Shown here in pieces: positions 28,034-38,989 of a DNA stretch of 64,000 nucleotides. A model generated the notes under the pieces. The model had not been told where the DNA came from. It worked only from the letters and a program-made list of their open reading frames with translations, and made no database searches. A program made the position numbers and the translations under genes. The first letter of the stretch is position 1. Every line of letters begins with the position of its first letter. The stretch covers positions 124,001 through 188,000 of the IMG/VR virus record IMGVR_UViG_3300005941_000003, one strand, 5' to 3'.

Positions 28034-29851
28034 ATGGCTAATTATGACGACGATGCGGTCAATACACGCGTCAAGTTAAATCAGATATCTCCATCTATGT
28101 GTATGGCGAAGTGGTTGCAAGTGAGTTTGCACTTACCACAGGGTCGTACACATAGTTGTTATCACCCTCCAACACATACCATCCCACTAGATGAACTACG
28201 TGCAAATCCAAACGCACTACATAATACCTCTTTCAAAATGCTTGAACGCAAACAAATGAAAGAAGGCAAAAGACCTGAGGGTTGTCAGTATTGCTGGAAC
28301 GTAGAAGACGCACCAAATCCACCTGAAGGCGGCAGATTAAGTGATAGACATTATCGTTCTAGTGAATGGTGGGTACAAGAAGCATGGGATGAAGTTGTTA
28401 ATAACCCTTGGAACCATGACATATCTCCTAGATACGTTGAAGTAAATTTCAACCAAGCGTGTAACTTTAAATGTGCATACTGTTCTCCCCATTTGTCAAC
28501 AGCATGGGAAGACGATATTAAACAGCATGGGGCTTTCAAGTTTTCAAATAACACCCGCCACAATGAAATTACAAGTTTAGAGAGAAGTGGCTTAATGCCG
28601 CTAAAACTTTCACAAAAAGAAAATCCTTATATTTCTGCATTTTGGGAATGGTGGCCTACTGTATATCCCAACTTGAAAATATTCCGTATGACTGGCGGTG
28701 AACCTCTTATGGATAAAAACACATTTAAGGTGTTGGATTACATACGAGAAAACCCAAATCCAGAATTAGAGATATCTCTTACTACAAATATGTGCCCACC
28801 AGACGATGCGCTGTTTGATAAGTTTATGGACAAAATTAAAAAACTTGAAGAACCTATTATTCCTGAAAAGAGCAACACCCGTGTTGAGTTTGATAAGAGT
28901 ATATATTTGAAGCCACCAGTAGAGGGTAAACGTAAATTAGTATTTTACGTACAAGACCCAAAAGATGGTTCTGATTGGAAGACATGGGAACAGAAAGTTA
29001 TCTATGAAACACTACAGGGTGTATTTGTGGAATCTATGGTCCCAAATACGAAAACAATAAAGTTTAAGGAAATCGAACAGACTTTCACTGCATTAGGTCC
29101 ATGTGATGACGAAGATGACCATAGTTTTGTGTATGCAGCCGACTATGTTCTGGATAAAGAATATAATGTGTGGGAACATCAATATGAGAACGTATACGTC
29201 AAGCACATCAGTGTTTTCATAAGTCTAGATTCTGTCGGAGAGCAAGCAGAATACATCCGTGATGGTTTAGATTTCGAAAAATTAAAACGAAATGTTGACA
29301 GACTATTAAACGAAACACAACGTGTTAGTGTTACATTTATCAATACATTTAATATTCTAAGTATTCCTGGGTTGAAAGGTTTTCTAGAATATATGTTAGA
29401 GTTAAGACGTAAGTTTGGATACCAACATCAATTCGACAACAAACATAGAAAACCCGGACAACGAGTTTGGTTTGACATACCATATTTGAGATATCCTGAC
29501 TGGATTACGATACAACTTTGTGACCAAGATATGTTAGATACGATGCAAGAGTATATCGATTTCATGAAACAAAATGTGTTATCTAATGCTGATTATGGTT
29601 TGTCATATCATGGTTTTAAGAACTACGAAGTGTTGAAATTAGAACGAGATTTAGCTTGGGCAAAAACAGGTGATAAGCTCACTGAACAAGAACTAAGTGA
29701 TAAACTAGTAAGATTTTACGATTACTTCAACGAATACGATAGACGTAGAAATAAAAACTTTTTAGAAACATTCCCAGAAATGACAGATTTCTGGTTAGAA
29801 GCAAGAGAAGAACGAGAGATAAGATATGGGAAGAAAATACTGGGAAGGTGA
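28034..29851 (+). CDS. Radical SAM protein with N-terminal Twitch-type domain (#1; large internal insertion)
   Basis: MC.AKW...SCYH...CQYC N-domain; CNFKCAYC; TGGEPL. Confidence 0.9.
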   Translation: MANYDDDAVNTRVKLNQISPSMCMAKWLQVSLHLPQGRTHSCYHPPTHTIPLDELRANPNALHNTSFKMLERKQMKEGKRPEGCQYCWNVEDAPNPPEGGRLSDRHYRSSEWWVQEAWDEVVNNPWNHDISPRYVEVNFNQACNFKCAYCSPHLSTAWEDDIKQHGAFKFSNNTRHNEITSLERSGLMPLKLSQKENPYISAFWEWWPTVYPNLKIFRMTGGEPLMDKNTFKVLDYIRENPNPELEISLTTNMCPPDDALFDKFMDKIKKLEEPIIPEKSNTRVEFDKSIYLKPPVEGKRKLVFYVQDPKDGSDWKTWEQKVIYETLQGVFVESMVPNTKTIKFKEIEQTFTALGPCDDEDDHSFVYAADYVLDKEYNVWEHQYENVYVKHISVFISLDSVGEQAEYIRDGLDFEKLKRNVDRLLNETQRVSVTFINTFNILSIPGLKGFLEYMLELRRKFGYQHQFDNKHRKPGQRVWFDIPYLRYPDWITIQLCDQDMLDTMQEYIDFMKQNVLSNADYGLSYHGFKNYEVLKLERDLAWAKTGDKLTEQELSDKLVRFYDYFNEYDRRRNKNFLETFPEMTDFWLEAREEREIRYGKKILGR

Positions 29852-31385
29852 AACCTTTCAACTATTCAAAGAACGTATGATCGATTCCGTTAGCGAGAGT
29901 TTTTGCGCAGCGAAATGGTACAATGCTACGATCTGGTTGGGACATGGGCAGACTGCAAGTTGTCACCACCCACCCGGTCACTGGATTCCGCTAGATGAAT
30001 TAAAGGAAAACTTTACTGCTATCCACAACACAAAGCATAAAAAGAAAATGCGTAAGATGATGCAGGAAGGTGATCGACCAGCAGAATGCGAATACTGTTG
30101 GAAAGTTGAAGACATGGGCAGAAATAACATTTCTGACCGCGTGTATAAGACTGAAATCTTTACAGACGAAGATATCATCGCAGCAGGCGATATGCCTTGG
30201 GATGCAGATGTTGAACTTCGTACATTAGAAATTGCGTTTGACCGAGCATGTAACTTTAAATGCTCATATTGTAATCCGGCATTCAGCAGTGCATGGGTTA
30301 AAGATATCAATACATATGGTGCATATCAAAATATTCAGTCCGATGGGCGTGGACACTTTGTTGACACCGCGGAATGGGCAAAACCAATAGCAGACAAAGA
30401 AGATAACAATCCATATATTCAAGCGTTTTGGAAATGGTGGGAATCAAGTCTATCTGACAACCTTGAAGAAATCCGTATCACTGGCGGCGAACCCATTATG
30501 CATACTGGTACTTGGAAACTGTTTGATTGGTTTGAAAAAAATCCAACACGCGGTAGAAATATGAGATTTGCAATCAACTCTAACTTGAATCCAGAGACAA
30601 ACAAGGTTCTTGATAAGATGATTGAAAAATCTTGGCATATACCTCATTTTGAAATTTATACATCTGCGGAAGCACATGGTAAAGGACAAGAGTACATACG
30701 TGATGGCATGGATTACGAATTCTGGAAATCTAATCTTCACCGTATTATGCGCGAGTCAAATGTAAAGAAAACAAACATGATGATGACTATTAACTCATTG
30801 TGCCTTGATACTATTACTGACTTTATGGATGATATGTTAGAGTTTAGAAAAGAATATGGCAGAGAACGCGCACCTGTAATGTCTCTAAACATTCTGCGTT
30901 TCCCATCATTCCAAAGTGCTGCAATTCTACCCGAACACATTAAAACACATTTCAAAAATAAAATTGAAGTTTGGTTTAATCAAGATGGATTGCAACAGCA
31001 ACTTCACGATGGTGAAAAGGCACAAATACAACGTCTTATTGATTATCTTGATGTTGTAAAAACACCACACCGTAATACCGCAGAAACCCCAAAACTATAC
31101 AATGACTTTAAGACATTCTTTGCACAGTACGATATTCGTAGAGGGAAAAGTTTTAGAGATTCATTTAGTCCAATTTTTGTTGAATGGTTTGATAGTATAG
31201 AAGCAGATTCCCCTTCCGCAGAAGATATTCTAAGCAAGCGTATCGTTCTTAATAGTACAATATCCGATCACGATCCGGCAACTATGGATGAGTATGAAGG
31301 TGGTGATGACGCGCATGAACAAAAGAAAACAGTAGGTGGATGGGATACTGAAACTGATTCTTTAGGTGGCGTAGTAGTAGAATAA
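29826..31385 (+). CDS. Radical SAM protein with N-terminal Twitch-type domain (#2)
   Basis: FCAAKW...SCHH...CEYC; CNFKCSYC; TGGEPI. Confidence 0.9.
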   Translation: MGRKYWEGETFQLFKERMIDSVSESFCAAKWYNATIWLGHGQTASCHHPPGHWIPLDELKENFTAIHNTKHKKKMRKMMQEGDRPAECEYCWKVEDMGRNNISDRVYKTEIFTDEDIIAAGDMPWDADVELRTLEIAFDRACNFKCSYCNPAFSSAWVKDINTYGAYQNIQSDGRGHFVDTAEWAKPIADKEDNNPYIQAFWKWWESSLSDNLEEIRITGGEPIMHTGTWKLFDWFEKNPTRGRNMRFAINSNLNPETNKVLDKMIEKSWHIPHFEIYTSAEAHGKGQEYIRDGMDYEFWKSNLHRIMRESNVKKTNMMMTINSLCLDTITDFMDDMLEFRKEYGRERAPVMSLNILRFPSFQSAAILPEHIKTHFKNKIEVWFNQDGLQQQLHDGEKAQIQRLIDYLDVVKTPHRNTAETPKLYNDFKTFFAQYDIRRGKSFRDSFSPIFVEWFDSIEADSPSAEDILSKRIVLNSTISDHDPATMDEYEGGDDAHEQKKTVGGWDTETDSLGGVVVE

Positions 31386-31400
31386 CACAAGTGATGCAAG

Positions 31401-32015
31401 ATGAAAATTTTAATTTTAAATTCAATGGGAAGATCCGGTACCACGATGTTACAGGATGCAATTTCTACCGAATACAATCTTAGCAATCTAGGAGAATACC
31501 TTCGAGGTGACTATGATGAAAAATTGAAACATCTTGCATCTACCAATGATTGGGTTTGTAAATATTTTGTCGAATATGGTGATTCACGAAATCATCTAGA
31601 CGATATAAGTTTTATAAATCCAGATTTGATTGTAGTAAATTATCGCAATGACTTGATTGAGCAATACCTCAGTTTTCAAATAAGTCTGTGCAATGACAAA
31701 TGGAATTCTACCGATAAATTATCCTATAGCTCTTTTGAGATTAGCGATTTGCCAAACAGCATAGATTCGTTTTTTCACAGTATTATATTATTTAAAAATA
31801 TTATAGCTGCGTTAAAAAATGTTTATACCATAGAACAAGTTTCATACGAAGAAATAAGCACGGGTAAAATACCAGTTTCTATATTGAAACACCCTCCAGT
31901 GTTCAATACGGTTAAGCAAAATACAATGCTAGAAAAAATAAATCTAGTAAAAAATTATAATCAAGTAAAAGACTACTGGGATGATAAAAACTATGAATAT
32001 CATTTCTTCAACTAA
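31401..32015 (+). CDS. Sulfotransferase-like protein (Stf0-like P-loop)
   Basis: SMGRSGTT 5'-PSB loop, LGEY, YRNDLIEQYLS (3'-PB-like R..S) and VSYEE. Confidence 0.6.
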   Translation: MKILILNSMGRSGTTMLQDAISTEYNLSNLGEYLRGDYDEKLKHLASTNDWVCKYFVEYGDSRNHLDDISFINPDLIVVNYRNDLIEQYLSFQISLCNDKWNSTDKLSYSSFEISDLPNSIDSFFHSIILFKNIIAALKNVYTIEQVSYEEISTGKIPVSILKHPPVFNTVKQNTMLEKINLVKNYNQVKDYWDDKNYEYHFFN

Positions 32016-33096
32016 AATACACGCTGGTTCCCGCCCGACAATAATTTTAGATGGTGACAAGTTAATAGTCTCATTCGATACATATGATCGCGAACATACC
32101 TGCTTAGTTTTACAAGATTTTATAGAAAACAATCGTTCAGACCATTTATATCTCACGATGTTTAATGTCACTGAGGCCTTTCTCAATATGGATTCCGGTT
32201 TATATTTTAAACGTATAAATGATATAGCTTCAAAGGTAAAATATTCGGAGTTCATCAATTGCAATCTCATGGTAGGAGAACATGCAAGCTATTCATCGAA
32301 GTTTCTGTTAACCGACCCGCTCGTAATTGATAAGTTCACCTGTTATCCATATACATTTCTAAATCGAACAATCAACAACATTACCAGTACATTATGTAAA
32401 TCTCCAGATTATCATAATATCCGACCTTCTAAACATGCAATATGTTACAATGGTAATCCTATACTACCACGTGCAATGATACTGGATGGATTAGCAGAAA
32501 TCGGTATGTTGAAAAATTTACATTACAGTTGGATGTTACGCACACGTATAACTGAAAATCTGTTTCAACTATACGATTATTATGTTAAAAATTTCGATTA
32601 TAAGACAAAAGTAGTCCTAGATCATGATGACATATCGATTGGTATAAATCAAGATACCGTTGATGATTTTTTATATTTCAATGACAGTTTAATAGAGATA
32701 GGTGCCGAAACTAATCCAGAGCCGTATCAGTTGATCTACACCGAGAAAACTTGGAAGCCAATATTGTTAGGTAAATTTTTTCTTCTTTATGCACATGCAT
32801 GGTATTACGAAAACTTAGAAAAAATGGGGTTTCAACTATATGATGAAGTTTTTGATTATTCATTTGATCAAGAGTTTGATACTAATAAACGTCTTAGTAT
32901 GTATATCGATGAAGTTAAAAGATTATTATCTATACCTATAGAAGAATTACAACAACAGCTAATTGACATTAATCATAAAGTAATATATAATAAAGAACTT
33001 GCCATCAAACTTAACACCAACACAAACGAATTAGTAAGTAAATATTCGTTTATGTCCCCAAACGTTATGAGGAACTCATTGCATGACACTGAATAG
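31981..33096 (+). CDS. Glycosyltransferase-like protein, 'TEKT' family (#1)
   Basis: C-terminal ET...YTEKTWKPILLGKFF...L.KMGFQLYDEVFDYSFD motif shared with 37426 and 57965. The start could be 31993. Confidence 0.5.
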   Translation: MIKTMNIISSTKIHAGSRPTIILDGDKLIVSFDTYDREHTCLVLQDFIENNRSDHLYLTMFNVTEAFLNMDSGLYFKRINDIASKVKYSEFINCNLMVGEHASYSSKFLLTDPLVIDKFTCYPYTFLNRTINNITSTLCKSPDYHNIRPSKHAICYNGNPILPRAMILDGLAEIGMLKNLHYSWMLRTRITENLFQLYDYYVKNFDYKTKVVLDHDDISIGINQDTVDDFLYFNDSLIEIGAETNPEPYQLIYTEKTWKPILLGKFFLLYAHAWYYENLEKMGFQLYDEVFDYSFDQEFDTNKRLSMYIDEVKRLLSIPIEELQQQLIDINHKVIYNKELAIKLNTNTNELVSKYSFMSPNVMRNSLHDTE

Positions 33097-34501
33097 AAAA
33101 ATACCAATTTGGAAAAACGACGGTAGTTGTTCTTCTGATAGTCCAAATAAGACATTTTGTATGGCACCGTGGACTCATACATATATATCTCCACAGGGTG
33201 AGCGGCGCATGTGCTGTGCGAGCAGGGAACAACACCAATTCCAAAAGCAATACATAGACGCCTCGAATGATGAAAAGTATGGTGAAGTCACAGAAAGTAA
33301 AACTGCTGCCGATGATTTTAATCCTCTCACTCTTGAGGAACATTGGAACTCTCCATACATGAGAGACATACGTAAGAAACTGATGGCGGGTGAAACTATA
33401 CCACAATGTGATGTATGCAATGATGATATTTTGAGCCTTAGTTCGTATCGCAAATGGTTCACTGGCGTACTGTTCAAAGACAAGATACAACAGGCATTTG
33501 ATAGTACCGATGATGATGGGTACACTACCATGCCAACAATATCTTTTGATTATCGTTTTTCTAATTTATGCAACTTTAAGTGTCGCATGTGCGGTGAACT
33601 TCTTAGTTCAAGCTGGGAAGCAGAAAAGAAAAAACACAATATGTGGAGTCCAGAGAATCAACCATTCATGCAGCATGATGTGAAAAGAAAAATGAATGCA
33701 TTTCAAGTTAATGTTGTTGAACCTGAATTCAGAGCCGCAGTTGATGCCGGTATAGTAGAAGAAATTTATTGGGTCGGCGGCGAACCGTTAATGTATGATA
33801 TACATTGGGAAACTCTGGAAAAAATGGTACAGAATGGATCTGCAAAGAATTGCTATTTGCGATACAATTCCAACTTGTCTCGCGTAACGTACAAAGATAA
33901 AAATTTATATGACTATCTTCCACAATTTAAAAACTGGATGATGTGCGCAAGTATCGACGGTACAGGTAAGATTGTAGAATTCATTCGTAGTGGAATTGTA
34001 TGGAAAGAATGGTTAGAAAACTTTAAGCAAGGTGTTGAACTTCCTAATGGCAAAGAACGTATGATACTAGACCTGACAATTACTGGTCCTGGTATGTTTG
34101 CACTAAAAGATTTGTTTGATCTATCACAAGAACTTGGAGTTCGGATAGAAACAAAGATGATGTTTGCCTTTCACCCAGATATTGTATTTTCTCCGTTTGC
34201 TTGGCCAAAAGAAATACTACATCGTATTATAGATGAAAATCTCGCATACATGGAACCACGTGCAACTAATCGTCAGATGACACTTATAAATACGCTTAAA
34301 GAAATGAAAAAGCGACAAACACATATGGAGCAATGGCCAGATACATGGCTTCAAGAAAGTAGAAACGGTAGAAGTTTTCAAGCACATCTTAGTGAAATAC
34401 GCCAAGATAAACTTACAGGCATACCAACACTTGAAGAAATATATAAAGAACATGACACCGAACTTTATGAATGGTGGATGCGATATAACGAACATAACTG
34501 A
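33083..34501 (+). CDS. Radical SAM protein with N-terminal Twitch-type domain (#3)
   Basis: FCMAPW...MCC...CDVC; CNFKCRMC; VGGEPL; ASIDG. Confidence 0.92.
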   Translation: MTLNRKIPIWKNDGSCSSDSPNKTFCMAPWTHTYISPQGERRMCCASREQHQFQKQYIDASNDEKYGEVTESKTAADDFNPLTLEEHWNSPYMRDIRKKLMAGETIPQCDVCNDDILSLSSYRKWFTGVLFKDKIQQAFDSTDDDGYTTMPTISFDYRFSNLCNFKCRMCGELLSSSWEAEKKKHNMWSPENQPFMQHDVKRKMNAFQVNVVEPEFRAAVDAGIVEEIYWVGGEPLMYDIHWETLEKMVQNGSAKNCYLRYNSNLSRVTYKDKNLYDYLPQFKNWMMCASIDGTGKIVEFIRSGIVWKEWLENFKQGVELPNGKERMILDLTITGPGMFALKDLFDLSQELGVRIETKMMFAFHPDIVFSPFAWPKEILHRIIDENLAYMEPRATNRQMTLINTLKEMKKRQTHMEQWPDTWLQESRNGRSFQAHLSEIRQDKLTGIPTLEEIYKEHDTELYEWWMRYNEHN

Positions 34502-34509
34502 GGTTGTAA

Positions 34510-35361
34510 ATGGAAGAATGGCGTAAAAATATAGGAGCGGATGATGAATATTTTTTAAATTCATGTCCGGTTGACACTTATGATAACCCAAATTTGGGAT
34601 CGGAAAATAGAAGTATACGTGTTCGCTGGTATCCATCCGATAGCAAAGACAACTATATAGAATCTGGAAATGCATATACAATCGATAGTGTAGATTATGA
34701 TTTAAATAAACATGGGTTTCGGTGTGACGAGTTCGATGACATACGTGATAGTAAAAATAAAAAACTGATTGTGTTCGGATGCAGTAATACTTTTGGTATA
34801 GGCTTACCTGAACATCATATTTGGCCATATGAAGTAAAAAGATTACTTGAAAAAAAATACAACGAGAAGATCGATTTAATAAATCTTGCTATGCCAGGTA
34901 CTGGTTCGGACGATACAGTGCGCGTAATTAGTATGTTGGGTGACAGCTTTCATCCTAATTTTGTATGCTGCTTTACCCCACCTGTGTTTAGAAAAACTTA
35001 TACTGACCATAGCGGTAAGATATTTAATTATTTGCTATCTAATCAATATAACAAAAATTATCATGACTCGGATTGGAAACGAGTAAATTCTATCGGAGAA
35101 GCAATGGTGGATATATCTCCGCAATCTTTTTATTACGGTCAATATGTTGCAGAAAGTTTAGTTCGCACCTATGCAAAATTAAATAATGCCACCCATAAAA
35201 TAATAACAACTGCACATTACTTGGATGATATGATTGCTACATATGACATAGATAAAAATGAAGGCCCATGGAAATCTAAAGCAAGAGATTCTATGCACTA
35301 CGGTAGACACTTTCATAAGATGTTGGCAATTAAATTTATAGAAGGTTTGTTTAATGAGTGA
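34510..35361 (+). CDS. SGNH/GDSL-like hydrolase or acyltransferase (#1)
   Basis: NKHGFR, VFGCSNTFG, INLAMPG and DSMHYG (DxxH) motifs. Confidence 0.7.
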   Translation: MEEWRKNIGADDEYFLNSCPVDTYDNPNLGSENRSIRVRWYPSDSKDNYIESGNAYTIDSVDYDLNKHGFRCDEFDDIRDSKNKKLIVFGCSNTFGIGLPEHHIWPYEVKRLLEKKYNEKIDLINLAMPGTGSDDTVRVISMLGDSFHPNFVCCFTPPVFRKTYTDHSGKIFNYLLSNQYNKNYHDSDWKRVNSIGEAMVDISPQSFYYGQYVAESLVRTYAKLNNATHKIITTAHYLDDMIATYDIDKNEGPWKSKARDSMHYGRHFHKMLAIKFIEGLFNE

Positions 35362-36598
35362 TACATTTTGCGTTTTACCATGGTTGCATTTAGCATCGCA
35401 CCCGCATGGGGGTATAACATTATGTTGCAATGCAAATCATGAATATGGTGTTTCTAGGTCTAGGAACAAAACATCAAACTCTAATAACAACCCTCGCAGC
35501 ACTGATGGTGATCAATTCCTTGATTTAAAAAATCAGAGCATACAAGAAATAATGAACGGTGATACCTTTAAAGAAGTTAGACTGCAAATGCTAGAGGGTA
35601 AAAAACCATACGCATGTTTACGTTGCTACAAAGAAGAATCTATTGGTATTGTAAGCAAGCGTGTGAAAGAAAACAGAGAATATCCACATTTTACAATTGA
35701 ACAGGCAAAATCATTAACTGCACCAGACGGTACGATTGCCAATATAAATTTAGAATTTGTTGAACTTAGACTAGGTAACATTTGTAATGTTAAATGTAGA
35801 ACTTGCAACCCATGGAGTAGTTCAAAATGGATATCAGACTATCAAAAGTTAAGAGAAGAATATCCTGATCTGGGAGAATTCAATAAAGATCACAACCAGT
35901 TTGATTGGCCAGAACAAGAGAAATTTTGGGAAGATTTGTTTGAGCATACAAAAGATGCAAAGGTATTTTACATCAATGGCGGTGAACCTACGTTGATTAA
36001 AGAACACTTCAAGTTCTTGCAACGGATGATCGATGCCGGTAGAACTAACGTATGTCTACGTTATAACATTAATATGACAAACATGAATGAAGAAATCATA
36101 GAAATATGGAAACAGTTTGATGACATAGATATAGGTTTCAGCATCGATGATCTTAGTGACAGAAACGAATATATTAGAAATCCAACTAAATGGGAAGATG
36201 TTATGTCAACTGTTGATATGTTACTTCCACACAGATGTGATATACAATTCAGCATAACACAAACTGTTAGTTGGATGAACTTCCCATATCTTGGTGAGTT
36301 CTATGAATGGGCAAGTGGCCTAGGTATATATGTACACCATAATATGGTTAACGATCCGAAAATATTCTCTCCTAATGTACTACCGTTAGAATATCGTAAA
36401 GATGTAATAAAAAGACTGTCAAACATATTACCTAATGACAAAATAAATGCATTAAGGCAGTTTGAACAAAACGAAACGGATATAGAACTTTTACGCAGAG
36501 CAATAAACTACACCGATTCTTTAGACAGAATGCGCAGAGAAAAGTTCGATGTGGTGTTTCCAGAATTATCGTTTTTGAGAAAATTATATGAAAAATGA
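35354..36598 (+). CDS. Radical SAM protein with N-terminal Twitch-type domain (#4)
   Basis: FCVLPW...LCC...CLRC; CNVKCRTC; NGGEPT. Confidence 0.92.
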   Translation: MSDTFCVLPWLHLASHPHGGITLCCNANHEYGVSRSRNKTSNSNNNPRSTDGDQFLDLKNQSIQEIMNGDTFKEVRLQMLEGKKPYACLRCYKEESIGIVSKRVKENREYPHFTIEQAKSLTAPDGTIANINLEFVELRLGNICNVKCRTCNPWSSSKWISDYQKLREEYPDLGEFNKDHNQFDWPEQEKFWEDLFEHTKDAKVFYINGGEPTLIKEHFKFLQRMIDAGRTNVCLRYNINMTNMNEEIIEIWKQFDDIDIGFSIDDLSDRNEYIRNPTKWEDVMSTVDMLLPHRCDIQFSITQTVSWMNFPYLGEFYEWASGLGIYVHHNMVNDPKIFSPNVLPLEYRKDVIKRLSNILPNDKINALRQFEQNETDIELLRRAINYTDSLDRMRREKFDVVFPELSFLRKLYEK

Positions 36599-37457
36599 AT
36601 TTAGTTTTCTATCTGGTCCGGGCGGCAGGCGAGACATAGAACATAGTGAGAATCCAAATAGACATTGGTACAAAATAGATGACTTCTATAACAATACCTT
36701 ACAGACTAGATCGCAAATCACGAATTTAGATGAATTATATAATAAAAAGATTATAATCGTTGTTGGAGATAGTTTTACATTTGGAGATGGCGTTTATTAC
36801 ATTGATACATATGCCCACCTTTTGCATACTGATTTCTTCAATAAAGAAGACTATGTAGTAATAAATGTAGGTGTACCGGGTATATCGAATGACCGAATAA
36901 TACAAATAACACAAAATTGGGTTAATGAATTTTCGTCCCAAATCGAATGTATAATTGTGGGAATGTCATTCTTATCTAGAAGATCATACTTTTTTGATAA
37001 CGAATATACGCGTGACCATAATAACGACATCTACACAATGGAAAAATCTGATGTGAATACATACAACTTTAATCCTTCTACGACAGTTCCGACAACTAGA
37101 AACGGTTTACCTATTCGTGATAAGTACAATGCGTTTCTGGAACTAAACACTCGTATAAATGATTACAGAGAGTTTGAAAAAAATTTATTGCTATTAAAGT
37201 ATATTTCAATAGTATACAACATAAAAATATATTGGTGGGGCTGGTTGAATTTAATGTTCACGAAACACGACAGAGAGTTTCTAATAAGTACATTTGATTT
37301 TAACACAATGAGATACATAAACGTAGATGATATAACCGACCAGTTAGAGACCATATCATCGGATGATCGACACTGGAATCCGCGCGGTCATCGCCGCGTA
37401 GCAGATTACATAATAAAGTTTTTAAATGATGACTACTGTAAACAATTCACTCTTTAG
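36588..37457 (+). CDS. SGNH/GDSL-like hydrolase or acyltransferase (#2)
   Basis: VVGDSFTFGDG, INVGVPGISN and DDRHWN..GH motifs. Confidence 0.75.
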   Translation: MKNEFSFLSGPGGRRDIEHSENPNRHWYKIDDFYNNTLQTRSQITNLDELYNKKIIIVVGDSFTFGDGVYYIDTYAHLLHTDFFNKEDYVVINVGVPGISNDRIIQITQNWVNEFSSQIECIIVGMSFLSRRSYFFDNEYTRDHNNDIYTMEKSDVNTYNFNPSTTVPTTRNGLPIRDKYNAFLELNTRINDYREFEKNLLLLKYISIVYNIKIYWWGWLNLMFTKHDREFLISTFDFNTMRYINVDDITDQLETISSDDRHWNPRGHRRVADYIIKFLNDDYCKQFTL

Positions 37458-38613
37458 AGGTACCGGAGATTCACCATGGTGGTATTACATGTCAAAGGTG
37501 TACAATTTGAATTTGGAATTCTCTGACGTTTCTCCTCTGTGTATCTATGAACCGAATATATCACAAGAGTTGGGCAATCACGGTATAAGCATTGTAAAAG
37601 ACGGCAGCGTAGTAGATATACTACCTGACAATAGTAAAGTCATAATTAGCACGGTGCAGGAACCTATATCTGCCTTAGGTAAATTCAAATATCATGAAAA
37701 CGTAGATATACCTAATGTCTTGGTATCTAATGGCGCAAATACATCTAACGTGTGTTTTGTATCAGGTGACTTTTTCGTCAACGAATTCAACAATACTGAT
37801 ATGAAAACGTTTTTTGTTCCTGGGTGGAATCATTTATTCTGGGACGAAAAGGCAGAACCCATCGATTTACAAACTCGTTCATATGACCATTTGTTTTTAA
37901 GTTTCAATCGTATACACAAGCCGCACAGAATGTATTTTATGTGCAGACTACATGAATTAAAACTCTTAGAACGTAACTTAGTTAGTTGTGCTGATATTAT
38001 CGATGGTGAAACATTTGAGCAACATATGACTTGGATATACAATGACAAGAACGAATACCTTAACATATATGATCCAAACAATCTAATAGATATAGAAAAG
38101 TTGAAAAGTATTGCATCTGATATACAAACATCATTGCCGTATGTACTAGATGTATCGAACTTTCAAGAAAATGGATGTTTTGAAAGCGATACATTTAATA
38201 CTAGTTTACCATTCTATCAGAATAGCTTCATGAGTGTGATCACTGAAAGCAATGCTGTAGGTCCCGGATGCTATATATCGGAGGCTATATTTAGACCATT
38301 TGTTTTCATGCAGCCATTTTTAACAGTTGCGCAACCTAGAACTTTACAAGTGTTGCGAGAATGGGGGTTTGATGTATTTGATGACTTATTTGACAATAGC
38401 TATGACTTAGAACCCGATATGTTTAAACGTACAGAGATGGTACTAGAACAAATACAAAAGTTTTCACAACTTACACCAGAACAACTTAAAAAAATAACAC
38501 TTGATTTAGAACCAAGATTGTTGTATAATCATAACAGATATTACAGTAATGAATTCAAACAAATTAGTGCAAGTTATTTTAAAGATGTTTTGGCGTGGCT
38601 AGATGAAAAGTAA
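37426..38613 (+). CDS. Glycosyltransferase-like protein, 'TEKT' family (#2)
   Basis: FLSFNR..KPHR and VITES...ISEAIFRP....QPF...LREWGFDVFDDLFDNSYD. Confidence 0.5.
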   Translation: MMTTVNNSLFRGTGDSPWWYYMSKVYNLNLEFSDVSPLCIYEPNISQELGNHGISIVKDGSVVDILPDNSKVIISTVQEPISALGKFKYHENVDIPNVLVSNGANTSNVCFVSGDFFVNEFNNTDMKTFFVPGWNHLFWDEKAEPIDLQTRSYDHLFLSFNRIHKPHRMYFMCRLHELKLLERNLVSCADIIDGETFEQHMTWIYNDKNEYLNIYDPNNLIDIEKLKSIASDIQTSLPYVLDVSNFQENGCFESDTFNTSLPFYQNSFMSVITESNAVGPGCYISEAIFRPFVFMQPFLTVAQPRTLQVLREWGFDVFDDLFDNSYDLEPDMFKRTEMVLEQIQKFSQLTPEQLKKITLDLEPRLLYNHNRYYSNEFKQISASYFKDVLAWLDEK

Positions 38614-38989
38614 AAAACTATCACCTGACGTATTCGAGGACCATCGCGGAGTTATTCTTAGCTTTCCGCTTGATGTGAATGATTCACCTGTGGTCGAATA
38701 CAACCTAATGATAACATTAAAAGGCGATGAGCGCGGTTATCACTATCATCCACATTTTGATGAGTACATGATAGTTGTTGATGGGGAATGCTTATTCAAA
38801 GAATTTTCATCAGATGGTGATCACAAAGAAATGATAATGCGTGAAGGTGACAGCATTAAAATACCGACCGGCACTGCACATACATTTACTGCATTAACTG
38901 ATTTTAAATTTGTTAGTCTACTAACTAAGCGTTGGGATGACAGCGTTCCGCCAATTGTTAAAGTTAACAATAACGGAGAACCGTTATGA
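38603..38989 (+). CDS. Cupin-fold protein (NDP-sugar isomerase/epimerase-like, FdtA/RmlC-like)
   Basis: FEDHRG, RGYHYHP...E and IP.G.AH motifs. Confidence 0.75.
   Translation: MKSKKLSPDVFEDHRGVILSFPLDVNDSPVVEYNLMITLKGDERGYHYHPHFDEYMIVVDGECLFKEFSSDGDHKEMIMREGDSIKIPTGTAHTFTALTDFKFVSLLTKRWDDSVPPIVKVNNNGEPL

Noticed and set aside
28850-29190. Possible intein in rSAM #1
   Set aside because: No N-terminal C/S block, no HN-C/S/T junction and no LAGLIDADG motifs.
28000-31385. Similar C-terminal tails EKQTGWD (GT 27053) and QKKTVGGWD (rSAM #2)
   Set aside because: Too short, and only two instances; cannot be distinguished from chance.
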